Source: Eledone cirrhosa | Taxonomy: Eukaryota | Assembly (NCBI GenBank): GCA_964016885.1 | Contig: OZ024743.1 | Coordinates: 165,416,001 to 165,480,000, forward strand | DNA: 64,000 bases | Reading direction: 5' to 3' | Shown: positions 13,431 to 33,148 of the stretch, in pieces | Layout: each line of letters starts with the position of its first letter | Numbering within the stretch: the first letter of the stretch is position 1 | Notes under the pieces: model-generated | The model's input: only the letters and a program-made list of their open reading frames with translations | The model's database searches: none | What the model was told of the DNA's origin: nothing | Translations under genes and position numbers: made by a program

Positions 13431-13444
<14 letters not shown>
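12567..13444 (-). mobile_element. Non-autonomous Helitron-like element
   Basis: Minus strand: 5' TC(TA)nAAA then (CTGT)n; 3' hairpin CCCGAGCAACGCCGGG about 8 nt before terminal CTAG; flanked by A and T. Confidence 0.7.
12873..13015. repeat. 37-bp minisatellite inside the Helitron-like element
   Basis: tgtctgtctgcacgcctatatcacctctctgcacgac x3 plus partial units. Confidence 0.95.
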
Positions 13445-14790
<1,346 letters not shown>

Positions 14791-14989
14791 ATTAAATATA
14801 TTTTTGATTTCTATTTTGGTCTAGCATTTGATTAGAACGGTTTTTTATTCTCCCTTCTATTTCATCCTTTCCTTTCCCTTTTCTTCGTTTTTCTTTATTC
14901 CCCTTCGTTTTCTCTTGATTCTCCCCACATCTTCCCTCTCTTTTGTTTTTATTCCTCATTCCTCTTTTCTCTTACATCTTTTTTTCTTC

Positions 14990-20330
<5,341 letters not shown>

Positions 20331-20499
20331 ATCCACGCTTACAAATACAAATAATAATAGGGGGGAGGGGGGGGGGATTATAGTAAATATAGGTTTCAAG
20401 AAACATAGAATATTAATCTGCATTTAGATCATAATATGTGTTTACATAGTAGTTTCAGTATTAGGAAATGTAAGAAAGAAGGCAAAATTATGCATTTTA

Positions 20500-20885
20500 A
20501 TATAAGTAGACTATTAATTATAGGTTAACTAAATTAAAGATAGTTAATATATTGATTTCTAAGGTGTATACTACTTAGGTTTATAATATTTGAAGCGGAA
20601 TTTTGAAGTTAAATAGTAGTAGAGTATTAATTATAGTATAACTAAATTAAAATTATTAACGTTATGGTATCAATATAAGGAAATGAATTTAGTAATAGGG
20701 AAAAAAACCAAATAAAGTATTACATCGGTAGTAGAATATAAATTATAGGTTAACTAAATTAAAAATTATATATTAATTTCTATAGTATATGCTAATTAGG
20801 TTTATAATAATTAAAACAGATATTGTATTTTATCTATAGTAGAATATAATTATAGGTAAACAAAAATTAAAATTAATATATACAC

Positions 20886-20976
<91 letters not shown>

Positions 20977-21465
20977 CATATTTTTTCAAAAATTGCAAAG
21001 AATATATTAACTAGGTATACATCCAAAACCTATCTCAGTCTATGATTACATGACACTCTGCAATCCATCTGTATTAGGATTTTAATTTTAAGCCAATTAA
21101 ATTAAATTTTTAGGTTAACCAAATTAAAACCAAATTATAAATATATTTCTAAATTGTACATTAATTAGGTCTATAATATTAAAAAATATTTCTCTGTCAT
21201 TGAATACACGATATTTTGTTATATTTTATCTGTAAAGGAATTTTAATAAAAGGTTAAATAAATTAAAATTAATCTATAAATTAATTTACAAAGTATATAT
21301 TAGTAATATTTAAAAGTTTTTCACAATTTATGATTACACAATATTTTATAATCTCATCTGTAGTAGAATTTTAATTAAATTAAATTTATAGGTTAACTAA
21401 CATTTAAATTAAATTATATATTAATTTCTAAAATAATGTTATTAATTAGGTTTATAATATTTAAA
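20500..21465 (-). repeat. Degenerate ~110-130 bp tandem repeats in the PLE 3' UTR
   Basis: agtagaatattaattataggttaactaaattaaa and ttaggtttataatattt recur at ~20506, 20617, 20729, 20837, 21100, 21361. Confidence 0.75.
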
Positions 21466-23862
21466 TGTTTTTCTTAGTTCATGATTACACGATATAATTA
21501 ATTCCTGTCGTTTATTTAATAGGATATCCTTAGATTTCATTATTTCAAATAGTTCTTGGGAACATAATCTACATTCATTTCTATTATTTTGATAAGGGGT
21601 GGCTCTTTTGAGCACACTCCAGGTCATATCATATTCTATGTTCTTATTTTTATAACTATTGATTTTTTCTGCTAGAGATGTTGTATTAGCCAGTGCGGCA
21701 TTTTTAAAACTATGTTTGTGGGTATTAAACCTTACCTTAAAATTGTTAGAAGTAGCTCCTATATATGAGCAAATAGAATCTTTAGTTTTAACATTACATT
21801 TATAAACTATGTTGTTAACAAGACAATTTCCTTTTAATGGGCAGTTTGCTTTGTTTCTACAGTTACAACTTTTCGTTAATTCTGTATTTGAGGAGATATT
21901 ATGGTTAGTTTGATGTATTGGTGGTATACTTATGGTATTCTTACATTTATATGCATTATAGGCACTTATATTTTGTTTTATGTTATTGGTTGTTGAGTAT
22001 GAGAATTTAACTGTAGACCTATTTAAGATTTGATGGTATTTGTGGTTTGGCGGGAAGTTTTTCTCTAGGATATAAACATTTTTTTTAGCAATATTATCCT
22101 TAATTTGTAAATTAAATGGAGCATTATACCAAGTAACTCGTCTATTACGGTTTCTATGTTGTTTATTATTTTTATAGGTTGTATCGTGATGTTTACTAGG
22201 AGGATTAATGTTAATGATCTCACCACGCACATTTTTAGTTAGATTTATAGATTTAGGTGTTTTATCTTGTTTATTAGGAGTTTTATTATTAACATTTATT
22301 AGAGTTGTATGATGAGTAGTTTTTTGAGAGTTGCTATACTTTATATTAGAAGAGTTGTTGGTATTTTGGGGTATAGTGTGGGTGGCATTTAGGTGTGTAC
22401 TTTTCATTTGGTGTTTGTTGGTAATATTAGGTTGTATGTTTATAGTATTTTTAGTAGAAGGTATATATTCTAATCTATTTTTGTGGCCACTTCTATCTAG
22501 AGCTTCGTTATAGAAGGTCGCATTTTTATCAAATACATCTTGGTTAGAAGAAAGGTTAGAAATTCTAAGTGATATATTATATGCAAGGTTTTTAAGGATA
22601 GATTTAGGGTGATTAGATTGTGAGTGTATGTAGTGTAAGTTTTGGTTGGGTTTATGGTAAGGTTGGTAGATACCCGTAGCTAAGTCTAAAGTTATATCTA
22701 GGAAATTTACTACTTTACTTGTTTTTTCAAAAGTAATATGAAGACTATAATAGTCTTTAAGGAAAGTTCTAATATGCTTTTTGTTTTTTTCTATTTCTGA
22801 AAGGCTAAGGTTGTTGGAAAGAAGAAGACAGTCATCACGATATAAACCACCTTTAAGGTGGGGAAAGGAGGCATTTATGTTGAAAAGGAGAAAGAGGCCC
22901 ACAAGATCAGTAATTTGGGCGGAATCGCTTGAACCCATAGTAATATCAAATAGATTACTATAGTATTCATTCTGAAATTCAATAAGTGTTAGTCTAGCAT
23001 GTGTAATAATATTAATGTCATCCAAAGTTAAGTTAGATCTATTTTTAGCAAATATCAATGCTTTGTTCAGGAGTATAGGTGATATAGAAGAATAGTAATT
23101 ATCTATATCAAATTGTAGAAATGAAGCAGAAGATTTACATCTAATATTTTTAAACCAGTTAATTACCTGGGAAGTGTTTTCCCAGAGTGGTAAATTAACG
23201 TGTTTTCTTATTTGTGGGATGACTCTATCCAAAATTTTTTTGCTAATTATTCCAATATCAGATTTGGAGGGACATATAAGTCTTATAGAAGGATTTGAGT
23301 TAAAGTTTGATTTATGATCCTTCAGGTTGAAGTGTGGTCTTTTCAATGCCAAAGGTTCAGTTCTATCTTCAATGTTTAGTTTTTTTACTATGTTGTGTGT
23401 TTTGTTGTTGATGTTGGTGAGTGACGCATTATTAGATTTTTTATAATTTTTCCTGAGTTCTTTATATATGAACTCATTATAATCTTCAATATCCATGTGA
23501 TACAAGTTACCAGTTTTGTCCGAGTGGACATGGATTTTTTTAGACTTTTTTAGGTCCAATAGGGTAGAATCAAGGTCCTTTTGAAAGACAGATTTATACT
23601 TCTTAAATTTGAGGTGTTTAATTAAATTAAAAAGGTCTTTCTCAAAGTCTTCAAGTAAAGAGTTGTGTGGTGGATTCTTGTAAGTATTGAAATCATACAT
23701 ATATTTCCTATCTGCATATTTAGATTTTTTATCGAAGTGGTAGGCCCTCCATCTAACTCTTCTGATAAATTGGTTAGTTTTTTGAATCATAAGGAGTAAG
23801 AAGTCATCCTTAGAAGGTATTGGTATATTCTTTAAAGAGGTTCCCAAGTATTGTTTTTCCAT
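21442..23862 (-). CDS. Penelope-like reverse transcriptase + GIY-YIG endonuclease (Naiad-like), uninterrupted ORF
   Basis: SLKNIP, SDKT, LKDHK, QFDIDNYY, ITMGS, GLYRDD, FLDI; linker CNCRNKANCPLKGNC; IVY..YIGAT..R...H; CRLC; first ATG (MEKQ) at 23862. Confidence 0.95.
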   Translation of the reverse strand: MEKQYLGTSLKNIPIPSKDDFLLLMIQKTNQFIRRVRWRAYHFDKKSKYADRKYMYDFNTYKNPPHNSLLEDFEKDLFNLIKHLKFKKYKSVFQKDLDSTLLDLKKSKKIHVHSDKTGNLYHMDIEDYNEFIYKELRKNYKKSNNASLTNINNKTHNIVKKLNIEDRTEPLALKRPHFNLKDHKSNFNSNPSIRLICPSKSDIGIISKKILDRVIPQIRKHVNLPLWENTSQVINWFKNIRCKSSASFLQFDIDNYYSSISPILLNKALIFAKNRSNLTLDDINIITHARLTLIEFQNEYYSNLFDITMGSSDSAQITDLVGLFLLFNINASFPHLKGGLYRDDCLLLSNNLSLSEIEKNKKHIRTFLKDYYSLHITFEKTSKVVNFLDITLDLATGIYQPYHKPNQNLHYIHSQSNHPKSILKNLAYNISLRISNLSSNQDVFDKNATFYNEALDRSGHKNRLEYIPSTKNTINIQPNITNKHQMKSTHLNATHTIPQNTNNSSNIKYSNSQKTTHHTTLINVNNKTPNKQDKTPKSINLTKNVRGEIININPPSKHHDTTYKNNKQHRNRNRRVTWYNAPFNLQIKDNIAKKNVYILEKNFPPNHKYHQILNRSTVKFSYSTTNNIKQNISAYNAYKCKNTISIPPIHQTNHNISSNTELTKSCNCRNKANCPLKGNCLVNNIVYKCNVKTKDSICSYIGATSNNFKVRFNTHKHSFKNAALANTTSLAEKINSYKNKNIEYDMTWSVLKRATPYQNNRNECRLCSQELFEIMKSKDILLNKRQELIISCNHELRKTFKYYKPN

Positions 23863-24567
23863 TGTGATATGGATGATGGACAATTGAAAGAGCTCAACTA
23901 AATGTATATGGGTTTACAAAATCATACATATATATGTATATACATAAATATAAAATTAACACACACATACAGTACAAAAATACGAATATTTCCATGAAAA
24001 TAGGAGCAAAATTATGTAGATAAATCTACCAAGAGTTTACGGTAGTGTCCAATCCGTATGAAGAACTCAATGTAATCCGAATATCATGGAAAGAAGAGAT
24101 GCAATGAAAAATCACTTTCGGTGAAAGATAAACGGAATACAGAGTCAAGATAAAATATTAAAAAAATAATGAATAAAACAATGAAACAGTTCCTTATATT
24201 AAACAAAAAAAGTTCATTATTTAACGATCGTTTCTAGGATATATATGTGTTAGAATTGGCATGTATATTCAACAGATCTATGTACAAAATTATACAAAAT
24301 TATACAAACTATCAAAATTAAATATACATACCAACACATATATATGCCGTCTTCAGAAATAATGAAATATATTTATTGATAATAACAACAATTCAAAATT
24401 ACAGGTCTGTTTGGGAACAGAGTTCAAATTGACCAATGAAAACACAAAAAGTTTATACAGTTAGGTGTGTGTATATATGTAAGTAACTTCGTTCACAGAT
24501 ATGCATAAAAATATATGTTCACATGCATACGCATGCCGAAAAGATGTATGTAAATACAAAAATATAA

Positions 24568-24601
<34 letters not shown>

Positions 24602-24644
24602 GTATATATATATGTATATGTGTATATATTTAGGTGTGTGTGTT

Positions 24645-25480
<836 letters not shown>

Positions 25481-26628
25481 TTCACGATTTCACCGAACTT
25501 ATATTCATGGAAATTTGGGACTTGACTCGTTCTTCCTCACTTTTCGTTGCTTCACCATCTTTGTTTGTTTACACTCTCGCTGTCCCCTTTATTTACGTGT
25601 CCCAACGACCTTTTTTAGCCGTTGCTCGCACCAACCGGAGGTATATGGTCTTTAAAGCGAAGAAATACCTGTGATGGTTGGAAGATCACTGATGAAGGAC
25701 CACTTTATTCATATATATATATATAAATTAATAAAAATAATGAATAAAAACAAAGAAACAGTTCCTTATATTAAAAAATTCATCATTTTACGATCGTTTC
25801 TAGGATATATATGTGTGTGTTGGTATGTATATCATATAGATCTATGTAAAAATTTTACAAACTATCAGAGGGAATATACATACCTACACATATATATGCT
25901 GTCTTCAGAAATAATGATATTTGTTTATTGAAAAAACCCAACAAAGATTTAATATAATAGGTATGTTTGGGAACAGGTTTTGAATTGACCAATAGAAAGG
26001 TAGTAAGTGGTCAAGATGATAGAATAGTAGTAATAGAAATTTAATTTATGGGTAGGGGAAAGCAGACTTCAGTTTTGAATGGAAAGAGTATTTTGAATGA
26101 AAAGATTACTTTGGGGATGAAAATAGGCCAAGCCGGTGAAAGGTACACGAAAATTTGATGTTATAAAAGAATAATGCTAGTGTTAAAATCTAAGGAGAAT
26201 AAAATTTTACGATAAATGTGTTAGTGAAAAATATCAATCTTATTTAAAACAAGGAATTTACATCTATAAAAAGAAAATAAATTAAATTAATTGATAGGTA
26301 TATTTATATTGATAAATTTATATTAATTCATATAGATATGATAAATAAGAGTTAGATGTAATTGAAGAATGTTGTTAAAAACGAAGGGAGAAAAAAAAAA
26401 ATAATAATAATAATAATTGGGGGGGGGGGGTAAATGTATTAGTGAGAAATAACAAATTTATATAGCTTACAAGGAATTTAGATTCATAACAGGAAATTAA
26501 AATAGTTTATATGTATACTTATTGGTATAAATTTTAGGAAAAGATAGCTGTAAAAGGGAAATAAAATTATGCAGTTCATTAGTAGTAGAATATTAATTAT
26601 AGGTTAACTAATTTTTAAAAAAAATTTA

Positions 26629-27108
26629 TTATAATAATTTGTAAAGTGTATTAGGTTTATAATATTTAAAAGTTCTTCTAATTTTATGATTACATGATAT
26701 AATTAATTCTTGTCGCTTATTTAATAGGATATCCTTAGATTTCATTATTTCAAAAAGTTCCTGGGAACATAATGTACATTCATATCTATTATTTTGATAA
26801 GGGCTGGCCCTTTTGAGCACACTCCAGGTCAGGTTATAATCTATATTCTTTTTTCTATAATTATTAATTATTTCAGCTAAGGATGTTGTATTAGCTAATA
26901 CGGCATTTTTAAAACTGTGTTTGTGGGTATTAAATCTTACTTTAAATTGGTTAGAAGTAGCTCCTATATATGAATAAGTTGAGTCCTTAGAGTTAATTTT
27001 ACATTTATATACTATGTTATTAATAAGGCAATTTCCTTTTAATGGGCAATTTGCTTTGTTTCTACAGTTACAACCTTTCGTGAATGTTATATCAGAGGAG
27101 ATAGTCAA
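26629..27108 (-). pseudogene. 5'-truncated Naiad-like PLE, GIY-YIG C-terminus
   Basis: Highly similar to the last ~155 aa of ORF 21442..23862 (CNCRNKANCPLKGNC, YIGATSN, FKYYKPN). Confidence 0.93.
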
Positions 27109-27134
27109 ATTAGGTGTGGAATTTTCTCGACTTG

Positions 27135-27869
27135 TTGTATGTGAATGATTACATCGGGTCTACCACTACCTCCTTTAAATCTCGCTGGTATCGTCATCGA
27201 TTCTCAATTAAACATCCTAATCACCGTTTTGTGACCACGCTCGCCAACAAGACCTGGCAACTCCGTGAAGGCAACCAACAGTTCACTTTGAAATGGGATA
27301 TACTTTCCAGCGCTAGTGCATATCGGAGTGGATTGAATTACTGCAGGTTATGTAACCTTGAACTATTTTACATCTTAAAATCCAAAAATAAATTACTAAA
27401 TGACAGAATCGAACGATCATTATACTGCAACCACAAACTGAAGGCTAAATTCTCTCACTATAAAATAACTTAACATTCGAACCCGTAACTATAACATTGC
27501 TTTCTAGCTAACTACTTTCTCTCAATAACAACTTCTTAACTATATCCACCACACTACAAGACAATACCCTGCTTATCACTATAAATGGATACTTAGTGCA
27601 ATTTGTAGCCTACAACTATGAACTCAATAGCTTTCGTCTGTCCCCTCTCTATCTCTCCCTCTCTCTCCATCCCCCCCTCTCTATCTCGCCCTCGGTCCAC
27701 CTCCCTCCCTCTCCACATCTATGAACATGCCCTCTGTGGCAATAAACAATTCCAACCTTAACTATCAACGCATCGCTTTAAGAGTAACCAGTATAATAAA
27801 ACCCCTACCACAACATTTTGATTAAGATATCTGTATTCTACAAACCACTCTCTCCCATTTCTCCAACCC

Positions 27870-27937
<68 letters not shown>

Positions 27938-28330
27938 CTCTCCCCTTCTTTCTCTCTTCCTTTTCTACTCTATCTTCCCCAATAACCTCACTTAAGGGTA
28001 TTTACATTTTACAGATTAACCATTCTGCTCTGATGATACAGTGGTCACAGCATTTGATAATTGAGTTTTGCAAATAGTTATAAATTTGCACATAGCATAA
28101 CTAGGCTGTATAACCACCGTGGAAACATTTATAAGCACACAGAATAAATTACCTTTTTTATGATGTCTACCTATTATTATTCATTCTTTATCTACACTCC
28201 GGAATACAGAAGGATCAGGAACTCAGTTTCTTCAACTATTCTTCCATAACTCGTTGAGTAACCCATCACTGTACGTCAACTCTATCCAGTGTAGTAATTA
28301 AGCATTACTCCATCCAGGATAATCCTATAC
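27135..28330 (+). mobile_element. 5'-truncated PLE: GIY-YIG C-terminus (to 27473), 3' UTR, hammerhead
   Basis: YIGSTTTSFKSRWYRH, CRLCNLE, LLN..E...CNH; hammerhead at 28026-28137. Confidence 0.88.
28026..28137 (+). ncRNA. Hammerhead ribozyme with extended stem II
   Basis: tgct-CTGATGA-tacagtggt...accaccgtg-GAAA-cattta-TA-agca. Confidence 0.65.
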
Positions 28331-28362
<32 letters not shown>

Positions 28363-28365
<3 letters not shown>

Positions 28366-28506
28366 GGGGCCCTAACAGGTACTATTACTCCGGGCCAGAG
28401 CAGACCTGGGAGTTATGACAACTATGGGGTAACTTCACATTCCCCACAGCTCCTGAACTCCCGAATTGGAACGTTGCCACTGGATGTAGTTTAATGTCAT
28501 ACTCAA

Positions 28507-28509
<3 letters not shown>
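28363..28509 (-). mobile_element. Isolated copy of the RTE 5' leader (SINE-like fragment)
   Basis: Reverse complement matches 34930-35052 (gagttcaggag.tgtggggaatgtgaagttacc...ggcccggagta.tagtacctgttagggccccattt); flanked by (TA)n. Confidence 0.85.
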
Positions 28510-28582
<73 letters not shown>

Positions 28583-28589
<7 letters not shown>

Positions 28590-31500
28590 ATACTTGGGGA
28601 GGGTCATATGTCTGTAATATTGTCAGAATTAATAACAGAACACTCACTGTTTGGTTGGTTTTCGCTTTTCGCTTCTGTGTCTTTTATATCGGTAATCTAA
28701 TTTATTCGGTCCTCAATGTTGCCATTGACTGACCAGCGGTCAAAAATAATACAGATACAATATAGACACAAACACATATATATAGTTTATCATAAATCTT
28801 TCGTTGCACATCTGCAACATCGTCAGTGGTGCTATTGTTTCCTCCCATTACATTGTATTTTCTACGCCATCTTTATTTAGTCTGTTTATATATTTATTTA
28901 TTTGTTTATTTTATTTTGTCTTCTTTGCGCATGCGTTTGCGTGTGTGTATAGTGTTTTGTTTGATGTCTGTTCGTGATTAGGTGAATGTGTATTGGTTAA
29001 TGTATTCTATCTTTACTAGTGTGTGTTTATATGTGTTTGTTGTTATTGTGCTTGTGTATGTATTTATTTATTTATTTATCTATTTATTTATTTATTTATA
29101 CTTCATTTAGGTCAGTGTTGTTTGTTTGGGTGTTGTTGTTATTCCATTCATTCTTTCTGTTTAGCCTTGGCCTTCTAAGTTCTATTTCACTGGCCTCTCT
29201 GATTTGCCTATCTGCTGGGTCATTTCTATGTTTAGATATTATTCTAATTTCTATGTTGTCTATGTTGCCGCTGTGTTGTTGTCTGGCATGTTCGTACAGT
29301 ACTGACCCATTTTTTCGTCTTTTTGTTCCCCCCAGTGCTGGTCTATCCTTTCACCTATGCTACGAGCTGTCTCACCTATTAATGTTGTTGTCATGTTTCT
29401 GCAACTATCCTCTGTACATCTTATGCTATAGACTACGTTTCTAGTTTCACAGTTTATTCGGGGGTTTACCTTACATATGATACATTTCCTATTAGTACAG
29501 TGGGTTTTCTTAAAAGGTAGGTTTTTCTGATCAGGGATTTTATGGTGGTTCCTGGCTTTTCTACCACCTTAATCTTTAAGTGGGTCTTTCTCAAGGCCTT
29601 TCTACACTGGTTAGCTAATTTCCCTCCAGGGGTAGCGTCCACAAACATGACACTCTGGTATCTCTGGTTGTCGTACCATGAGGCGGCTTTCCCTATCTTA
29701 TGTCTAGCCCTATCTAAGCTATTCCATGATTTGCTCCTGTATAATGGAAAAATTCCTTTCATGTCCAGTTTTATGAGGGTCTTATACTTCTCCATGGCTC
29801 CTTCGTATACTCTGACTCTGTCTCTTTGGTTGTAGCCAGAGAACTGCATGCGGTTGATGAAGTGTTGGATGTGTCTTTCCATTTCTGTTGGGACGCACAT
29901 GCGGGACACATTCTTCATCACTCGTACCAAATCTGCGATCAGAATATTAAACTTAGCACTACTGGACATTGCTGAGTTTTTGAGTATCAGGTATTTGGAG
30001 GCCATGGGTTTAGCATAGTGTGAGTGGAGAATTTGGGCTAATTAACTAGTGTTAATCCAGAGTTCCGTGTCTAATACAGGTAGTCTATTGTTAGGGTGTT
30101 TGGAAGGGTAGTCGATAGTTACAGTTATACTCTGGTGTATGGAATTGGCTATCTGCTGGATGCTTTCCATTGTGCTACGTTCTAAATCAAACTTGTTAGT
30201 GCTCTCTAGTGGGGATGTTCTTATAACTATATTGCTATCGTCTACGTAACGAGAGTACATGATGAGGTCTATGGAGCTCTCATTAAGGAGATCTTTAAGT
30301 CTCCTTTCCCACCATACCATAAAAAGGTTGGCAACGTCACCAGCTATGCTGACGCCAATGGCTGCTCCCTCATTTTGGGTGTAGATCTTCTCGTTGAACT
30401 TGAATATGTGGCCCTTTAGGGTAGTTTTGATACTAGCCCCTATTGCATCTGCGACCATTTTTCTTACCTGATCATTGTTTTGGGGGTCCGTATAGCTTTG
30501 GTCCACCCAATCCACCTTCCCATGGGAGTCTTTTTAGCCATTGAGGTTATGGTGGGAGGTCTACCTCTTATGAGTCTACTAGGGCAGAAACATCTAAGGT
30601 CATGGCTGTCTAGGTAGTCAGTGTCGTAGGTAAGTCTAAGTAGGAGGCCCAGTTCGTCTGTGTCGACGTCGCAGAACTCCACCTCACTCTCAATGATCAT
30701 CTCCACACATTTTTCCACAGCAAAATCAATGTTAATGGATGGGTACAGTGATACCACATCCATGCTGCCTATTATGCAGTTGGATAGGTTCCTGTTTTTG
30801 TTGCACTCACTGATTCTGCTGAGGAGGTCCTCTGTACTGTCACATACATCTGGGGACATCTTGATTATGGGGCGTATAACCATTGAGAGGAAGTAGGAGA
30901 TCCTGTAGTTGCTAGCTATATTTGCTCCGCATACGGGTCTTGTTGGTGGTCCTGTTGTCGGGTCGTCGATTGTCTTGTGGTCTTTGCGGAGCCCATACAA
31001 GAGTGGTATGCCATTGTTAGACGCCTGGAAGTTGTTGGCAGTGCGTCTGCTTGGCTTTAGGATGTCGGTCCACATCATCATGTGAGCGTTGAGGATTTTC
31101 TCTCTCTCATCATGTTTGCTGTGCAATTTCGCTCGTGTTGGTGATGTGGGGTTGCATAGCCTTGATGTAGTTCGGCATGCTATCTATTGACATCCTACCA
31201 GACTTATCCGTGGGTAGACATACTACCTCACCATCCCTTGTGCGCTGCTTGAGGCTAACCAAACCTTCTACTGGTTTCCTCCCAAGTTGTTGAGCCTCTG
31301 GTCTGCTTTGTCTCTTAGTATACCGGTCTACTATTTGTCTAATCTTATTTCTAGCTATGGTGAACTGTGCCTCTGTCTCGTCATCTATTTGTTGTGGTAT
31401 GCAAACTCTTTTATTAAAGGATAACCGCGTAGGATAGATATTACCCATCTTATATGTTTTGTCAGCTGGGTTGAAAAATAGTTTCTCTAAGGGTTTGTCA

Positions 31501-31712
31501 TTATATCTATCGTCATAGTTGTGTGCGTTGCTATTATTGTTATTATGGTGGTTGTTGTTGTTCCTATCATTAGCATTATTATTATTGTTATGATTGCTAG
31601 ATGTATTGTTGCTGTGATTGTTAGATGTATTGTTGTTATGATTGCTATATATAATATTTAAGTATCGAGAGAGAGAGAAGAAGAGATAGTTATTTGCCAT
31701 TAGCATATGCAA
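28583..31712 (-). mobile_element. Penelope-like element (second clade), frameshifted RT + GIY-YIG, with 3' hammerhead (28790-28830)
   Basis: PTDKSG, LRKDHK, RPVCGAN, SMDVVSLYPSI, GAAIG, YSRYVDD, LPVLD; hand translation of 29300-29460 gives NVVYSIRC...IGETARSIGERIDQH. Confidence 0.9.
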
Positions 31713-31797
31713 AAGGTGATCAATGCTGGTGCCTGCAGTGTTAAATATTAGAAGTGTTAATATCTAGTGGGCGAGAAAATCAGCAGAGCGGATACAC

Positions 31798-32095
31798 GTG
31801 GAGAAATATATAAATGAAAACAAACCGTTAAAACATGTTTATTTAAAATAGCACCTACGTACGTTTCGCCCGACTAGGCTTCTCAAGGGCATAACAAATT
31901 AAAAAGCGTTCCTTACCTGACCTCTAATGGGTTTTAGAGATACGTTCACATCACTAAAACCCATTAAGGGTCATGTAAGGAACGCTTTTTAATTTTTATA
32001 CCCTTGAGAAGCCCAGTCGGGCGAAACGTACATAGGTGCTATTTTAAATAAACATGTTTTAACGGTTTGCTCTCCTTTATATATTTCTCTACGTA
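31798..32095. repeat. ~145-bp-arm palindrome containing two U3-A8 variant hammerheads (31853-31890 -, 32000-32038 +)
   Basis: cc-TTGAGAA-gccc agtc gggc-GAAA-cgtacg-TA-gg on both arms (one substitution in each). Confidence 0.8.
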
Positions 32096-32102
32096 TATAT
32101 AT

Positions 32103-32137
<35 letters not shown>

Positions 32138-32273
32138 ACGAAGGAAATGTGGTAAGGAACCAGGTGGACCTTAACGCACCAAAGTACTCAATACTTAGGG
32201 TAGTAGAGTGGGTAATGAGTCCAGAATTAGCCGTCGAAACGGCTTGAGCTCAGCCGTCGGAGTCCCACTCGGT

Positions 32274-32334
<61 letters not shown>

Positions 32335-33148
32335 GGGATAACAAGTTATCGTTATAGTCAATCCACTTAGAGGTAGTCCAGTTAGAGTACTCCGTGTTGT
32401 AGATCGTATTAACGTATGGCTTAGTTTGACTCAACAAGACGCTTCCATAGTGATGCAGCGAGTTCGCGATGATTTCTATGTAGGTTATACTTGGAGTAAT
32501 AATATGTCAAGAAATAAGAGTAACATGGTTGTCTGTACAATAAGGGTTTTATTCACAGTGCTGACAATTGTTTATTTGATCTGGTAGGTCTAGAGCTCGC
32601 TAATCGCTTGATGTTGCGTCAATCGATCTCCAATACTTTGTTTATAACCAGTCAATTCATCAGAGCGTGCGGATGTGAGGATAATACACAAGCCATGGCT
32701 TTTATAGAGGAGTGGTATTAGACCAGAACAATAATATCAATAACAAAATAACTAGATACTGAATAGTTAAAATAATAACATCAATATAAGTAAGAAATAG
32801 AATATAATGATAAATCTAGCATGGTAAACAAACTGATATGATACAGATGTATGAAATTGACATGTGAGAACTACTATCGGGTATATTAGATGTAGTATTT
32901 GAGGGATGAAGAGATAACTAATAAAATGTACTTAGAATAAGCCACCTAAACCTTAAAATACTGAATCTACAATTTCACTTAATACCACCTAAGAACCATA
33001 TATCTTTATACGCTCACTCTATCACAACATCAAGCTATTAGCGAGCTCTAGACCTACCAGATGAAACAAACAATTGCCAGCACTGTGAATAAAGCCCCTA
33101 TTGTACAGCCAACCATGTTACTCTTATTTCTTGAATTATATATATATA

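Noticed and set aside
20575-21465. TTAGG telomere-like motifs
   Set aside because: Isolated occurrences derived from the ORF end (KPN codons), not tandem arrays
25688-25710. CTGATGA half-motif (and GAAAcgtacgTT half-motif at ~11768)
   Set aside because: Partner half absent, so not counted as ribozymes
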